Positions 12,170-25,049 of a stretch of DNA of 64,000 nucleotides are shown one piece after another. The notes beneath the pieces were generated by a model that saw only the letters and a list, made by a program, of their open reading frames with translations, ran no database searches and was not told the origin of the DNA. The translations under genes were made by a program, and so were the position numbers. Source of the stretch: Malacoraja senta (Eukaryota); NCBI GenBank assembly GCA_038087875.1, contig CM075995.1:6760001-6824000 (forward strand), written 5' to 3'. Position 1 is the first letter of the stretch; every line of letters starts with the position of its first letter.

Positions 12170-13186
12170 GCAGAATTAGGCCAATTGCACCATCAAGTCT
12201 ACTCCGCCATTCAATCATGGCTGATCTGTCTCTCCCTCCTAACCCCATTCTCCTGCCTTCTCCCCATAACCCCTGACACCCGCACTAATCAAGAATCTAT
12301 CTCACTCTGCCTTAAATATATCCACTGACCTGGCCTCCACGCAAAGAATTCCGCAGATATGGGTGACGTTTCGGGTCGAGACCCTTCTTCAGACTGAGAG
12401 TCCGGGGGGAGGGAGACACGGAGATATGGAAGGGTAAGGTGTGAAAACGGGACATCAAAGGGGACGAGGCTCAATGAAAATGTGTCTACCTTCGGTTTAA
12501 ACCAGCATCTGCAGTTCCTTGGAGAGAACGAATGGTCATAAGGTCATAGGTGATAGGAGCAGAATTAGGCCATTCGGCCCATCAAGTCCACTCCGCCATT
12601 CAATCATGGCTGATCTATCTTTCTCTCTTGAAGACCCGAAACATCAGCCATTCCTTCTCAATAGACAATAGACAACAGACAATAGGTGCAGGAGTAGGCC
12701 ATTTGGCCCTTCGAGCCAGCACCGCCATTCAATGTGATCACGGTTGATCATCCCCAATCAGTACCCCTAGAGATGCTGCCTGTCCCGCTGAGTTACTCCA
12801 GCATTTTGTGTCTATCTGCAGTTCCTTCCGACAGGTCTATTTGCAAAGCTCTGTCTCAGTGTCAGAGCATGCGTGGGGTGAGAGAGAGTCTTGGATTCAC
12901 TTCTCCGCAGTCCCACAACTGAATATCCCACCTCCCGTCTGCTGAGCAGTTGCATCTATAATTAGTGCCTCGGCCAGATGGTCCCGCGGTGCCTAAGAAC
13001 TCGGTGTGAGGGGAGATGGGGGACATTGCCATGAGTCTTAACACCTTGTATACTGCACGCCCGCACAAAGTCTCACTCCACCGCCAGCCCTCCGTGCCGC
13101 ACAGCTCACCCTCTCCGTGACACGCTGGTCAACCTGAGGAGCACCTTCAGCAACAGACTAGTTCCACCAAGATGCAGTACAGTCCA

Positions 13187-13589
13187 GGGGCGGTCACGGT
13201 GGTGCAGAGGTAGAGTTGCTGCCTTGCAGCGAATGCAGCACCGGAGACCCGGGTTCGATCCCGACTAAGGGTGCTGTCTGTACGGAGTTTGTACGTTCTC
13301 CCCGTGACCTGCGTGGGTTTGCTCTGAGATCTTCGGTTTCCTCCCACACAATCCCAATTCTGAATAAAAGTTTGTTTTTTGGAGATTTTTTAATTTTTCT
13401 GTTTTAAAACAAGAGTCCTGGTCAATATTGGGAGTGTGGGAGGAATATTGTGGGTGAATCGCCTTGCTGTGAATGTAAAGATTGTCCCTAGTGTGAGTAG
13501 GATAGTGTTAGTGTGGATAGGGATCGCTGGTCGGCGCGGAAACGGGCCGAGGGCCTGTTTCTGCACTGTATCTCTAAACTAAACTAAAC
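13187..13589 (+). mobile_element. HE1-like V-SINE (CAGCGAATG-insertion variant) with an internal foreign segment
   Basis: Head, V-domain and tail are present. ~13350-13470 is not SINE-like. Confidence 0.85.
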
Positions 13590-13729
13590 TGGGTGCTGCA
13601 GGAAGGAACTGCAGATGCTGGTTTACACGTAGCTTGAAGGTGAGGGACAAAGTTTAAAGGAGATGCAAGTTTTTTTATACAGAGCGTGGTGAGTGCCTGG
13701 AATACTATGTAGGGGGTGATTGTTGAAGT

Positions 13730-14310
13730 CCGATACGATACAATACGACAGAACTTCATTTATCCCAGGATGCCACCAGTCATAAAACGCAACAAGATAC
13801 ATGAAACATGAAATTAAAGTGACGAGTGGAAAGTCCAGGATTGGGGATGTGCAAAGATTGGGGAGGGGAGGGGGGTGGGGGAAGGGTTGTCAGTCGACCC
13901 CACCACAGAAGGGGGAGGAGTTGTACAGTTTGATAGCCACAGGGAAGAAGGATCTCCTGTGGCGTTCCTGTGTTGCATCTTGGTGGAACCAGTCTTCTGC
14001 TGAAGATGCTCCTCAGGTTGACCAGTGTGTCATTTGAGGGGGTGAGCTGTGTTGTCCAAGATGCTCTGCAGTTTGAGGAGCATCCTCCCTTCCAAGACCA
14101 TCTCCAGTGGATCCAACTCCAACTCCGCCCCCAGGACGGAGCCAGCGTTCCTGGATGAGTTTGTTAATCCTGTTGGCGAAGGCAGCCTTCGTTCTGCTGC
14201 CCCAGCACACGGCAGCAGAACGAAGGCTTCGTTCTGCTGCCCCACCCATTGATAGAACATCTGCAGCATCTTACTGCAGATGTTGAAAGAGAGGAGCCTC
14301 CTCAGAAAGT
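13730..14310 (-). mobile_element. Rex1/Babar-like LINE 3' fragment
   Basis: Peptides YFLRRLLSFNICSKMLQMFYQ and LQSILDNTAHPL, with a (TCGTA)n tail. Homologue at ~32620-33020 (+). Confidence 0.8.
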
Positions 14311-14407
14311 ATTGAATTGGCATTGGCATGGAAGAGACTTTTGGACTGGCTGATGGATATGCAGGGAATGGGGAGATATGGATTATGTACGGGTAGATGA
14401 GAGTTGG

Positions 14408-14880
14408 GCACAAAAAGCTGGAGTAACTCAGCGGGACAGGCTGCATCTCTGGAGAGAAGGAATGGGTGACGTTTCGAGTCGAGACCCTTCTTCAGACTGA
14501 GAGTCAGGGGAAAGAGAAATGAGAGAGAGAGATATAGACGGTGATGTCGAGAGATATGGAACAAATGAATGAAGGATAGACAATAGACAACAGGTGCAGG
14601 AGCAGGCCATTCGGCCCTTCGAGCCAGCACCGCCATTCAATGTGATCATAGCTAATCATCCACAATCAGTACCCCGTTCCTGCAAAAATAGTTACGATGA
14701 TAAACAGGCTGTGGGCTAGGTGAAAACGAGTTTCAGACAATGAGACTCAACAAGACGACTTTGAAGCTGGTACGACTTGGGTGGGAGAGTGATGGAGAGA
14801 GTGGGGGATGCAAGGGCTGCTTGAAGTTAGAGAAACCTATTCTCACACTGCTGAGCTGTAAGCTGCCCAAGCGAAATATG
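14408..14880 (-). mobile_element. Penelope-like 3' fragment interrupted by a CR1 tail (~14577-14682)
   Basis: Hammerhead-like core at 14468-14495. 14820-14880 encodes the degenerate HIFRLGSL...N terminus. Confidence 0.75.
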
Positions 14881-15046
14881 GGTAATTTGCAGAATACAAT
14901 CAGTCCTTTGGTAAAGAAATCTGATGATTTAGTTTAGAGATACAGCATGGCATCAGGCCCTTCGGCCCACCGGGTCCGCGCCGACCATCGATCACGCGTT
15001 CACACTGGTTCTATGTTATCCCACTTTCTCATCCACTCCCTACTCT

Positions 15047-15695
15047 GCAGTTGTACAGGGCTCTGGTGAGACCACATCTGGAGTTAAGCGACTTTGAGTC
15101 CTGAAAAGCGCTATATAAATAAAATCTATTCTTATTATTATTATTGTGTACAGTTTTGGTCTCCTAATTTGAGGAAGGACATCCTTGTGATTGAGGCAGT
15201 GCAGCGTAGGTTCACGAGATTGATCCCTGGGATGGCGGGACTGTCATATGAGGAAAGATTGAAAAGACTAGGCTTGTATTCACTGGAGTTTAGAAGGATG
15301 AGGGGATATCTTATAGAAACATAGAACATTATAAAAGGACTGGACAAGCAAGATGCAGGAAAATTGTTCCCAATGTTGGGCGAGTCCAGAACCAGGGGCC
15401 ACAGTCTTAGAATAAAGGGGAGGTCATTTAAGACTGAGGTGAGAAAAAACTTTTTCACCCAGAGAGTTGTGAATTTATGGAATTCCCTGCCACAGAGGGC
15501 AGTGGAGGCCAAGTCACTGGATGGATTTAAGAGAGAGTTAGATAGAGCTCTAGGGGCTAGTAGAGTCAAGGGAAATGAGGAGAAAGCAGGCACGGGTTAT
15601 TGATAGGGGACGATCAGCCATGGTCACAATGAATGGCGGTGCAGGCTCGAAGGGCTGAATGGCCTCCTCCTGCACCTTTTTTCTACGTTTCTATG
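15047..15695 (+). mobile_element. CR1 LINE 3' fragment, (TTCTATG)n-tail subfamily
   Basis: Peptide [15 protein letters not shown]...[13 protein letters not shown]...NFFTQRVVNLWNSLP. Contains a short L2-type tail insertion at ~15085-15141. Confidence 0.93.
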
Positions 15696-15879
15696 TTTCT
15701 CTCCCACTTTCTCATCCATCCCTACACACGAGGGGGCAATTTGTAGAGGCCAATTAACCCTTACAAACCCGCGTGTCTTTGTGATAGAGGTGCACAAGGT
15801 CACGTGAGGAATGGATCGGGTAAGTGTGCAGAGTCTTTTGCCCAGAGTTGTGGAGTCGAGAGTCAAGGACATAGGTCTA

Positions 15880-16180
15880 ATTAGTTTAGTTTACTTTAGA
15901 GACGAAGCGTGGAAACAGGCCATTCGGCCCACCGGGCCTGCGCTGACCAGCGATCACCCGCACACTCGCACTATCCGACGTACTGGGGACAATTTACCGA
16001 AGCCAATTAACTTACAAACCTGTACGTCTTCGGAGCGTGGGAGGAAACCGGAGCACCTGGGGAAAACCCACGCAGGTCATGGGGAGAACGTACAAACTCC
16101 GCACAGACGGCACCCGTGGTCGGGATCGAACCCGGGTCTCTGGCGCTGTGAGGCAGCAACTCTACCCGCTGCGCCACCCT
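15880..16180 (-). mobile_element. HE1-like V-SINE
   Basis: Head, V-domain and tail on the minus strand. Confidence 0.9.
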
Positions 16181-16559
16181 GCCTGCCGTCTGTGTGTAGT
16201 GTACTTACACAATAGATTACACCTTTTCTTTTACCTCCCTTTAAATAGTTTGGATATCATGCCACATTTCCTTGCCTGAGTGTTGAATTAATGGCAGGTA
16301 CTTATGCTGAAATTCACCCAGACCTTTATTCCATTGACTCCAGGCAGATTCTGTTGCGCGGATCGATGCAAATATTTAATTCAATTACCTCAAAATAATT
16401 GATTTTGAAGCCGGCAATTATTCTTCCCCTTCCGTACGTGTGGGGAAATAGCTCCCTTTGCATTACTCGTGTTCCTTGTTTGACAAAGGCATTCAATTCT
16501 CATCCACGAGTTGATCGAGCGTAACACCATTTGCAGTATGTAGGACACAACTGCAGATA

Positions 16560-17055
16560 TAACATATAACCATATAACAATTACAGCACGGAAACAGGCC
16601 ATCTCGGCCCTTCTAGTCCGTGCCGAACACTTCCTCTCACCTAGTCCCATCTACCTGCACTCAGACCATAACCCTCCATCCCTTTCCCGTCCATATACCT
16701 ATCCAATTTATTTTTAAATGATAAAATAGAACCTGCCTCCACCACTTCCACTGGAAGCTCATTCCACACAGCTACCACTCTCTGAGTAAAGAAGTTCCCC
16801 CTCATGTTACCCCAAAACTTTTGTCCCTTAATTCTCAAATCATGTCCTCTTGTTTGAATCTTCCCTGCTCTCAATGGAAAAAGCTTATCCACGTCAACTC
16901 TGTCTATCCCTCTGATCATTTTAAAGGCCTCTATCAAGTCCCCCCTTAACCTTCTGCGCTCCAAAGAATAAAGACCTATCTTGTTCAACCTTTCTCTGTA
17001 ACTTAGGTGCTGAAACCCAGGCAACATTCTAGTAAATCTCCTCCGTACTCTCTCT
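16560..17055 (-). mobile_element. CR1 (HER1-type) 3' fragment
   Basis: Open peptide RRFTRMLPG...GLYSLERRRLRGDLIE...NFFTQRVVAVWNELP. Confidence 0.92.
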
Positions 17056-17221
17056 CTATTTTTCATATGCTGCTTTACACTGCAGATAGACACAAAATGC
17101 TGGAGTAACTCACCGGGACGGGCAGCATCCCTGGAGGGAAGGAATGGGTAACGTTTCGGGGTCTAGACCCTTCTTCAGACAGAATCCGAAGAAGGGTCTC
17201 GACCTGAATCGTCACCCTTTC

Positions 17222-17612
17222 CTAGAAGGATGAGAGGGGATCTTATTGAAACATATAAGATTATTAAGGGTTTGGACACGCTAGAGGCAGGAAACATGTT
17301 CCCGATTGTTGGGGGGGAGTCCAGAACCAGGGGCCACAGTTTAAGAATAAGGGGCAAGCCATTTAGAACGGAGAAGAGGAAACACTTTTTCTCACAGAGA
17401 GTGGTGAGTCTGTGGAATTCTCTGCCTCAGAGGCCGCTTCTCTGGATACTTTCAAGAGAGAGCTAGATAGGGCTCTTAAAGATATCAGGGGATATGGGGT
17501 GAAGGCAGGAACGGGGTATTGATTGTGGATGATCAGCCATGATCACATTGAATGGCGGTGCTGCCTTGAAGGGCTGTATGGCATACTCCTGCACCTATTG
17601 TCTATTGTCTAT
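17222..17612 (+). mobile_element. CR1 3' fragment, (CTATTGT)n tail
   Basis: Peptide MRGDLIETYKIIKGLD...HFFSQRVVSLWNSLP. Confidence 0.9.
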
Positions 17613-17754
17613 TGCCTGAGTTACTCCGGCATTTTGTGTCACATCATTTGCAATGTTTTATGTGTTCATTGATGTTACAAATCAGGCCTTTTCTTCACCA
17701 GGAGAGTGCACTGGCTGCAGGACAATGGTTGACCTTGGCTGGTCATTAGCATTG

Positions 17755-18230
17755 TTCTCCATCATGGTCTGGTTTGGCTCAGCCACCAAGCACGGCACCT
17801 GGAGGCGGCAGCGAATCGTCCGATCAGCTGAGAAGGTTATTGGCTGCAACCTTCCCTCCATTGACGAACTGTACACTGCAAGGGCCAGGAAGCGAGCGGG
17901 CAAGATCATCTCTGGCCCCTCTCAGCCTGGCCACAAACTCTTTGAATCACTTCCCTCTGGAAGGCGACTCCGGACTGTCAAAGCTGCCACAGCCAGACAT
18001 AAAAACAGCTTTTTTTCCACGAGTAGTTGCTCTACTCAATAACCAAATGTCTGTAGCCTCCTTTTGGTCTGGTATTTTCTTTCATTTACATGTTTAAACT
18101 GTAATGTTTCATTATTAATGTTTTATGTGTCATTCTTAATTGTTTACGGTATATACGTGTTGTTACTTGCGAGCGGAGCACCAAGGCAAATTCCTTGTAT
18201 GTGTACATACTTGGCCAATAAACGTATTAA
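17755..18230 (+). mobile_element. Rex1/Babar 3' fragment
   Basis: Closely matches 11090-11370. Confidence 0.87.
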
Positions 18231-18414
18231 GTCCTCTATTTAGAGGGATGTGGGCCAAACGCAGGCTGGTGGGACTAGTGTAGTTGGGGCATGTTGGTCG
18301 GTATGGGGCAAGTTGGGCTGAAGGGCCTGTTTCCACGCTGTATCACTAAACTGAAGCCTGTTTTATTTATGACTCTTTGACAAGCGCCAAACAGCAGAAT
18401 GATAGTCATTGACC

Positions 18415-18997
18415 GTGGAAACAGGCCCTTCGGCCCAACTTACCCACGCCGGCCAACATGTCCCAGCTTCACTAGTCCCACCTGCTCACAATTTGGTCCA
18501 TATCCCTCCCAATCTGTCCTATCATGTACCAGTCCTGACTGTTTCTTAAATGTAGGGATAGTCCCAGCCTCAACTACCGCCTTTGGCCGCTTGTAACATA
18601 CACCCGCCACCCTCTGTGTGAAAAAGTTACCCTTCAGATTCCTATTAAATCTTTTCCCCTTCACCATTATCCTATGCCCTCTGGTACTCGATTCCCCTAC
18701 TCCGGGCAAGAGACTCTGTGCATCTACCCGATCTATTCTTCTCATGATTTATACACCTCTATAAGATTACCCCTCATCCTCCTGCGCTCGGGTCCCAGCC
18801 TACTCAACCCCTCCCTATAGCTCAGACCCTTTAGACCTGGCAACATCCTCGTAAATCTTCTCTGCACCCTTTCCAGCTTGACAACATCTTTCTATAATAC
18901 GGTGCCCAGAACTGAACACAATACTCTAAATGCGGTCTCACCGACGCCTTATACAACTGCAACATGACCTCCCAACTTCTATACTCAATGCCCTGAC
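18415..18997 (-). mobile_element. CR1 (HER1-type) 3' fragment
   Basis: Peptide [22 protein letters not shown]...NFFTQRV. Confidence 0.9.
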
Positions 18998-19097
18998 TGA
19001 TGAACACACACGTGTGCATTAGTGTAACAAATCAGGGGAGTGCTCTGTGTGACGGTCAGTGATGGACCTTGGACTCATTCATAATATATGTAGTTAA

Positions 19098-19703
19098 ACA
19101 TAGAAACATAGAAACATAGAACATAGGTGCAGGAGGAGGCCATTTGGCCCTTCGAGCCAGCACTGGCATTCATTGTGATCATGGCTGATCGTCCCCTATC
19201 AATAACCCATGCCTGCCTTCTCCCCATATCCCTTGACTCCACTAGCCCCTAGAGCTCTATCTAACTCTCTCTTAAATCCATCCAGTGAATTGGCCTCCAC
19301 TGCCCTCTGTGGCAGGGAATTCCATAAATTCACAACTCTCTGGGTGAAAAAGCTTTTTCTCACCTCAGTCTTAAATGACCTCCCCTTTATTCTAAGACTG
19401 TGGCTCCTGGTTCTGGACTCGCCCAACATTGGGAACATTTTTCCTGCATCTAGCTTGTCCAGTCCTTTTATAATTTTATATGTTTCTATAAGATCCCCCC
19501 CTCATCCTTCTAAACTCCAGTGAATACAAGCCATGTCTTTTCAATCTTTCCTCATACGACAGTCCCGCCATCCCAGGGATCAATCACGTGAACCTACGCT
19601 GCACTGCCTCAATAGCAAGAATGTCCTTCCTCAAATTAGGAGACCAAAACTGTACACAATACTCCAGATGTGGTCTCACCAGAGCCCTATACAACTGCAG
19701 AAG
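19098..19703 (-). mobile_element. CR1 3' fragment, near-identical inverted copy of 15047-15695
   Basis: Direct comparison. (AGAAACAT)n tail on the + strand. Confidence 0.92.
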
Positions 19704-19800
19704 AACACACCACCACAATCAGAGATAGCCTCAACGCCCAGTGTCTATTGTGGGTAAGCAGTGGAATATTGCATTGTGGGAGGGGGAGTCTGTTTTATAT

Positions 19801-20215
19801 CCTGGGTGGCAAACTACCCGCGAGGGGTCCAATCCGGCCCGCGGGATGATTTTGAAAAAAAAAAGGAGTGCCCGTTTCTCCGGGCCCGGGGGGGGGGCTG
19901 CGGTGTCTGCCACCGGGGGGGGGGGGGGGCTGCGGTGTCTGCCCGCCTGGTCCATTGCCTCCATTCGCGGCGTCAGAGCCTCACCGCTGGACAGGAGGTG
20001 GGAGCGGGAAGGACTGAATGTGAACCCAGTCTGGCAGCGGCCGTAACCCAGACACCAGACGCCGCTCCGGCTGGGCCCACGCCACCTTCACCCACCGCCG
20101 CTGGGCCCACGCAACCTTTCGCCCATGCCGCCCCCCCCCCCCTGCTGGGCCCACGCCACCTTCCAACCCCGCCGGGCCCTCACCTCCCCCCCTTGCCGTG
20201 GGGCCCACGCCTTGG
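19801..20215. mobile_element. Possible hAT-Charlie-like MITE left end with GC-rich internal repeats
   Basis: CCTGGGTGGCAAACTAC...AATCCGGCCCGC resembles MER58/Charlie-type termini. GGGCCCACGC recurs at 20070-20210. No right TIR found. Confidence 0.35.
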
Positions 20216-20447
20216 GTTTAGACTCTCTGTTACCTCCTGCGAGAGGCAAGAAGAGTGTTTAATTGTATATGCACCTAAACACGCTACAATGAAATCATTA
20301 CTTGCTGCAGCATAACAAGTCAGCAAGCACAGTATTCACAGATAACACAATATCCATTCATATGACCATTATTTATTCATAGATAGATCTATTCATAGAT
20401 AACACAATAAACAAAAAACACAGTAATACGTTAAAAAACACTATTTG

Positions 20448-20735
20448 GAGCGGCACGGTGGCGCAGTGGTGGAGTTGCTGCCTCACAGCGCCAAAGACCT
20501 GGGTTCGATCCTGATTACGGGTGCCGTCTGTGTGGAGTTTGTACGTTGTCCCTGGGACCGCGTGGATTTTCTCCGGGTGCTCCGGTTTCCTCCCACACTC
20601 CAAAGACTTGCAGGTTAATTGTCTTCGGTAAGTTGTAAAATTGTCCCCAGTGTGTAGGATAGTGCGGGGCGATCGCTGGTCGGCGCGGACTCGGTGGGCC
20701 GAAGGGCCTGTTTCCGCGCTGTATCTCTAAATTCT
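20448..20735 (+). mobile_element. HE1-like V-SINE, full length
   Basis: Head, V-domain and tail. Confidence 0.92.
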
Positions 20736-21140
20736 AAAAAGCCCCAAAGTCCTTAGTGCAACCAAGACGGTTCTTAGTTCTTAATTTAGTTGGTGTTTGT
20801 AGTGTTCAAGAGGTCGATGGCGGCTGGGTAGGAGCTGAAGAAGGGCCTCGACCCGAAACGTCACCCATTCCTTCTCTTCAGACGTGCTGCCTGTCCCGCT
20901 GAGTTACTCCAGCATTTTATGTCTACCTTCGAGTTTAAAAACCCCCCAGCATCTGCAGTTCTTTCCTACAGAGCTTATTTAGTTTAGTTAAGAGATACAA
21001 CGTTGAATCAGGCCCTTCGGCCCACCAAGTCCGCGCCGACCAGCGACCCCTGCCCACTACCACTATCCCACACACACCAGGGACAATTTACAATTATACC
21101 AAGCCAATTAACCTACGTCTTTCGAGTGTGGGAGGAAACT

Positions 21141-21400
21141 GGGGGGGAGAGGGGAGAGAGGCCAGGGGGGAGAGAGAGGAGGGGGGAGAAAGGAGGGGGG
21201 AGAAAGGAGGGGGAGAGAGGAGGGGGAGAGGGGAGGGGGGGAAGAAGAGAAGGGGAGAGGAGGGGGGAGAGGGGAGGAGGAGGTGGGGGAGAGGAGGAGG
21301 GGGTGAGGAGGGGGGAGAGGAGGAGGGGAGGGGAGCCGGGAACAGCAGGGGGGGGGGAGCAGCATGTAGTGAGCAGCGGGGGGGGGGAGCAGGGGGGAGC
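21141..21400. repeat. G/A-rich low-complexity tract
   Basis: Nearly pure purine sequence with many G runs. Confidence 0.95.
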
Positions 21401-21630
21401 GGCGTCACTCGCAGCGCGAGCAAGATGATGCCGACCCATTGTGACGTCATCAGTGAAAGAGTCGATTTTATTTCAAAGTTTTGTCGGAATCTTGAACATT
21501 TTCATTAATAACTCGAGAAATAAAGCGAGCAATTTTTATATAAGGCGATTTCGGACTCCATGGAAAAAATCTCTACCGGAATATGTAAAAATGTTACCGT
21601 TGCCTCGTCGTGTTTTCGAGAAGATGTGAA

Positions 21631-21661
<31 letters not shown>

Positions 21662-21677
21662 GCGCGTGCACACACAC

Positions 21678-21713
<36 letters not shown>

Positions 21714-21776
21714 GCACGCACGCACGCACGCATGCACACACACACACACATCCAAGATCAGTTTTATGTATAGAGA
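21400..21776 (-). mobile_element. Helitron 5' fragment with a (CA)/(CGCA) microsatellite
   Basis: Minus strand starts A|TCTCTATACATAAAACTGATCTTG, similar to the 5' end of the 34705-35959 Helitron (A|TCTATATTACTAATAGTCTGATCTTG). No CTAG end seen. Confidence 0.6.
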
Positions 21777-21777
21777 T

Positions 21778-22816
21778 GTTATTATATATTTTTATATGTT
21801 TTTGAATCAAAATCAAGAATTATAAATTCACATTTTAAAAATGGTTTCACAATTCAGTAGTACTGATTTTCAGTATTCCTTAATGATATTTGATATATTT
21901 CATGATATAATGAGGTTGCATGCAAAATACTGATTTTCAAAAATCCAGTTTCTGTGTAGTACATTCTATTGCATTTACGTGAGAAATACCGATTTCCCCA
22001 AGGAAATACGATTTTCAGCCATCAAAATATGGAAATGCTCGGTGAAACTTGGCTGCTCTGCAATTATTCACAATCACATTGTGTTTGAGAATTCAAAATG
22101 TGATTTGTGATCTTGTTTATGAGTCAACATGGAACTAGAATTTGTTATAATGGTATGACAGTAAAATAGGTCAGTTTGAAAGCGATCATAGTACGATAAT
22201 GTAAATGCACTATTTAGTTTGACTTCAATTTTCATGATGGAAATTGAAGTCGAACTAAATGTTGTATTCACATCACTGTTCCATGTTGAAATAGATGTGA
22301 TGGGAAGTTGTTAGGTCATGAGGACCATTAAAGGTGTACTGCACACACTAACACAGTCTAACAGTAACAGGCAATCTAATCAACACACGAAACATTTTCT
22401 AAAAAAAGGTTTTCTTTACTGCAAAAACGTACAGTATTTTATTTGCAGTTCTTGCATGCTCCTTTATAACATTTTACATAACATTTTACAACAGTACAAC
22501 TTGATTATTAAAACAAGGACAACTTCAATTCTTGATTAAAAAAAATGTATACAACAATGATCCCATTCCACCCACTCATTACTCTTGACTCAACCAAAGT
22601 TATTTCTGAAATATTGGTCATAACTTTGGTGTTAAAATGCTCCAAAATAAGGCTCAGACTGCACCCGAGAGGATCTAAAACCCCAGAGCGGGCCCTGGAT
22701 CCCGACCGCGAGGGACTTCGCGCTCGTGATGTGTGCTGCGCGCACATTATTTCACATAACATTTTTGTAATCCTGTCATGCCACCCCCCTTTTTTGAAAA
22801 GCTTCGTACGGGCCTG
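21778..22816. mobile_element. AT-rich island ending in a candidate DNA-transposon TIR
   Basis: SINE/LINE-free AT-rich kilobase with a GC-rich subterminal part, ending CGTACGGGCCTG (rc CAGGCCCGTACG, hAT-like). No partner TIR. Confidence 0.35.
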
Positions 22817-22829
22817 CCATGGTGCACAG

Positions 22830-23225
22830 GAGGATGAGGGGAGATATTATAGAGGTATACAAAATCATGAGAGGAATAGGTCGGATAGATGCACAGAGTC
22901 TTTTACCCAGAGTAGGGGAATCGAGGACCAGAGGACATAGGTTCAAGGTGAAGGGGGAAAAGATTTAATAGGAATCCGAGGGGTAACTTTTTCACGAAGA
23001 GGGTGGTGGGTGTTTGGAACAAGCTGCCAGAGGAGGTAGTTGAGCCTGGGACTATCTCATTGTTTAAGAAACAGTTGGACAGGTACATGGATAGGACAGA
23101 TTTGGAGGGTTATGGAACAAGTGCAGGCAAGTGGGACTAGGGTAGCTGGGACATTGATGGCTGGTGTGGGCGAGTTGGGCCGAAGGGGCCCATTTCAACA
23201 CTGTGTCACTCCATGACTCTAAGAT
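22830..23225 (+). mobile_element. CR1 (HER1-type) 3' fragment
   Basis: AGGATGAGGGGAGAT...GGGTAACTTTTTCACG...GTTGGGCCGAAGGG tail. Confidence 0.85.
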
Positions 23226-24004
23226 TCTAAACATAAGTAATATTTTCTTATTCCAGTAGCAAACACATTAAGGATTAAAAGAAAATAATACATTCTTTAA
23301 CTTTTTGAACATCTCATAATTGCAGATTAATGAACCGAACTGGAACTGGGAATGTGTAAGTAATGTGAGAACAGCAGAACAAGAAAGGAAGCTATGGAAG
23401 TTGACAGAATTCCAGATTAATTCATTGGTAGAATAGTTAACAATGTATACACAGTTTAAAATGTATACACAGCCAGCACTTCGTTCGCTTTATCTTTATC
23501 ACAAATGACCTTTGACAAATCCCATGATTCCTTGCGTTTTTCGGAATACCGAACTCGCGTATTAAAGGACGTTCAGTTAGGAAGATGAGGAGGAATTTCT
23601 TTTGTCAGAGGGCGGTGAATCTGTGGAATTCGTTGCCACAGAAGGCTGTGGAGGCCAAGTCAGTGGATATGTTTAAGGCAGAGATAGATAGATTATTGAT
23701 TAGTGCGGGTGTCAGAGGTTATGGGGATACTTAATGCTCTGACTGATGAAGGTTGCTTTTTTTTAGCGATAGTCCCTCTGGAGGAGCTGAGATACACTGA
23801 ACACCATCAATCACAATGGCACAATTCCGCGCGGATGTAATGTTTCAACGTTCCCGTTGTTCGCTTCAACAGAAAAGTCATATGGAGATTGAATCAATTT
23901 TTGGGGGAAAAGGTAGAACTTTAAAACCTCACAGTAAAGCATTTTGCAGACGTTATATTTTGGGGTCCTGGCATTCTTGACAACTGAACCATCCTAACAA
24001 CAAA

Positions 24005-24455
24005 AGTCAAAAGTCAAGTCAAGTATCCTTTATTGTCATTCAGACCTTTCGGTCTGAACGAGATTTCGTGCCTTGCAGTCATACATATAATAAAAATAAA
24101 AAAAACACGCAATAAACACAAATTTAACATCCACCACAGTGAGTTCACCAGGCACCTCCTCACTGTGATGGAAGGCAAAAGTCTTAAAGTCTCTGTCTCT
24201 TCCCTCCTTGTTCTCCCTCTGCGCTGAGGCGATCCAGGCTTCCGATGTTGTGACCCCGCTGGGTGATGGTAAGTAAGTCAGTCCCGCGGCTGAATCCGAG
24301 CTCCGCGAAGTAACGGGCCGGTTCAAACTCCGCGGCCCGGGGCGGTCGAAGCTGCCGAAGCTGCCGCCCTCCAGTCCAGCGGACGAAGCTGTTGTTGCAG
24401 GAGCTGCGGAAAAACAGGTCACCAACCTGGGACCTGCGAGCTCCCGACAATGTCG
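24005..24455 (-). mobile_element. GC-rich non-coding retroposon (unnamed family)
   Basis: CCTT-hairpin at 24131-24175, tail stem-loop at 24039-24058, then TGACAATAAA and (CTTGA)n on the minus strand. Confidence 0.65.
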
Positions 24456-25049
24456 TCCGACATATCCACTGACTTGGCCTCCACAACTAGAGAGTGGTCC
24501 CGAACTACTACCCACCCTCAGTGGAGACCCTCGGACTATCTTTGTTCGTCCTTTACTGGACTTTATCTTGCACTAAATGTCATTCACATTTTTTTCCACT
24601 TCATCATGTATCTGTACACTGTGGACGGCTCGATTGTAACCATGTATTGTCTTTCTGCTGACTGGTTAGCACGCGACAAAAAGCTTTCCATTGTTCCACA
24701 CGTGACAATAAACTAAAGTAAGCCAAACTAAAGTAAACTAAACTAAAGTAAATAAACTAAAAGAAACTAAACACTAATGCCGCGTGAAAGCTTCTTGCAG
24801 TCTCTTAATTGTAAGGTAAGGACAGATAGCGAGTCGTTTTGCCTTTGGCATTGGGGCCTAGTCATCTGCCAGTGTGCAAGGGCTGCCAAATAATTACTTC
24901 CTGCCTTCTGTCAGGGTTTAATTTTATGTTTCTACTCCCTAATAAAATTGTCCTAATTAATGGATGGATTAACATTGATGCTTGTGGACTGAATGTTTTT
25001 TCACAAACCACGCACTTCAAATTCTCTGCACTGCTGCTTCTTCCAGCTA

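Noticed and set aside
21003..21508. Gly/Glu/Arg-rich or Pro-rich ORFs
   Set aside because: Translations of the purine-rich low-complexity tract.
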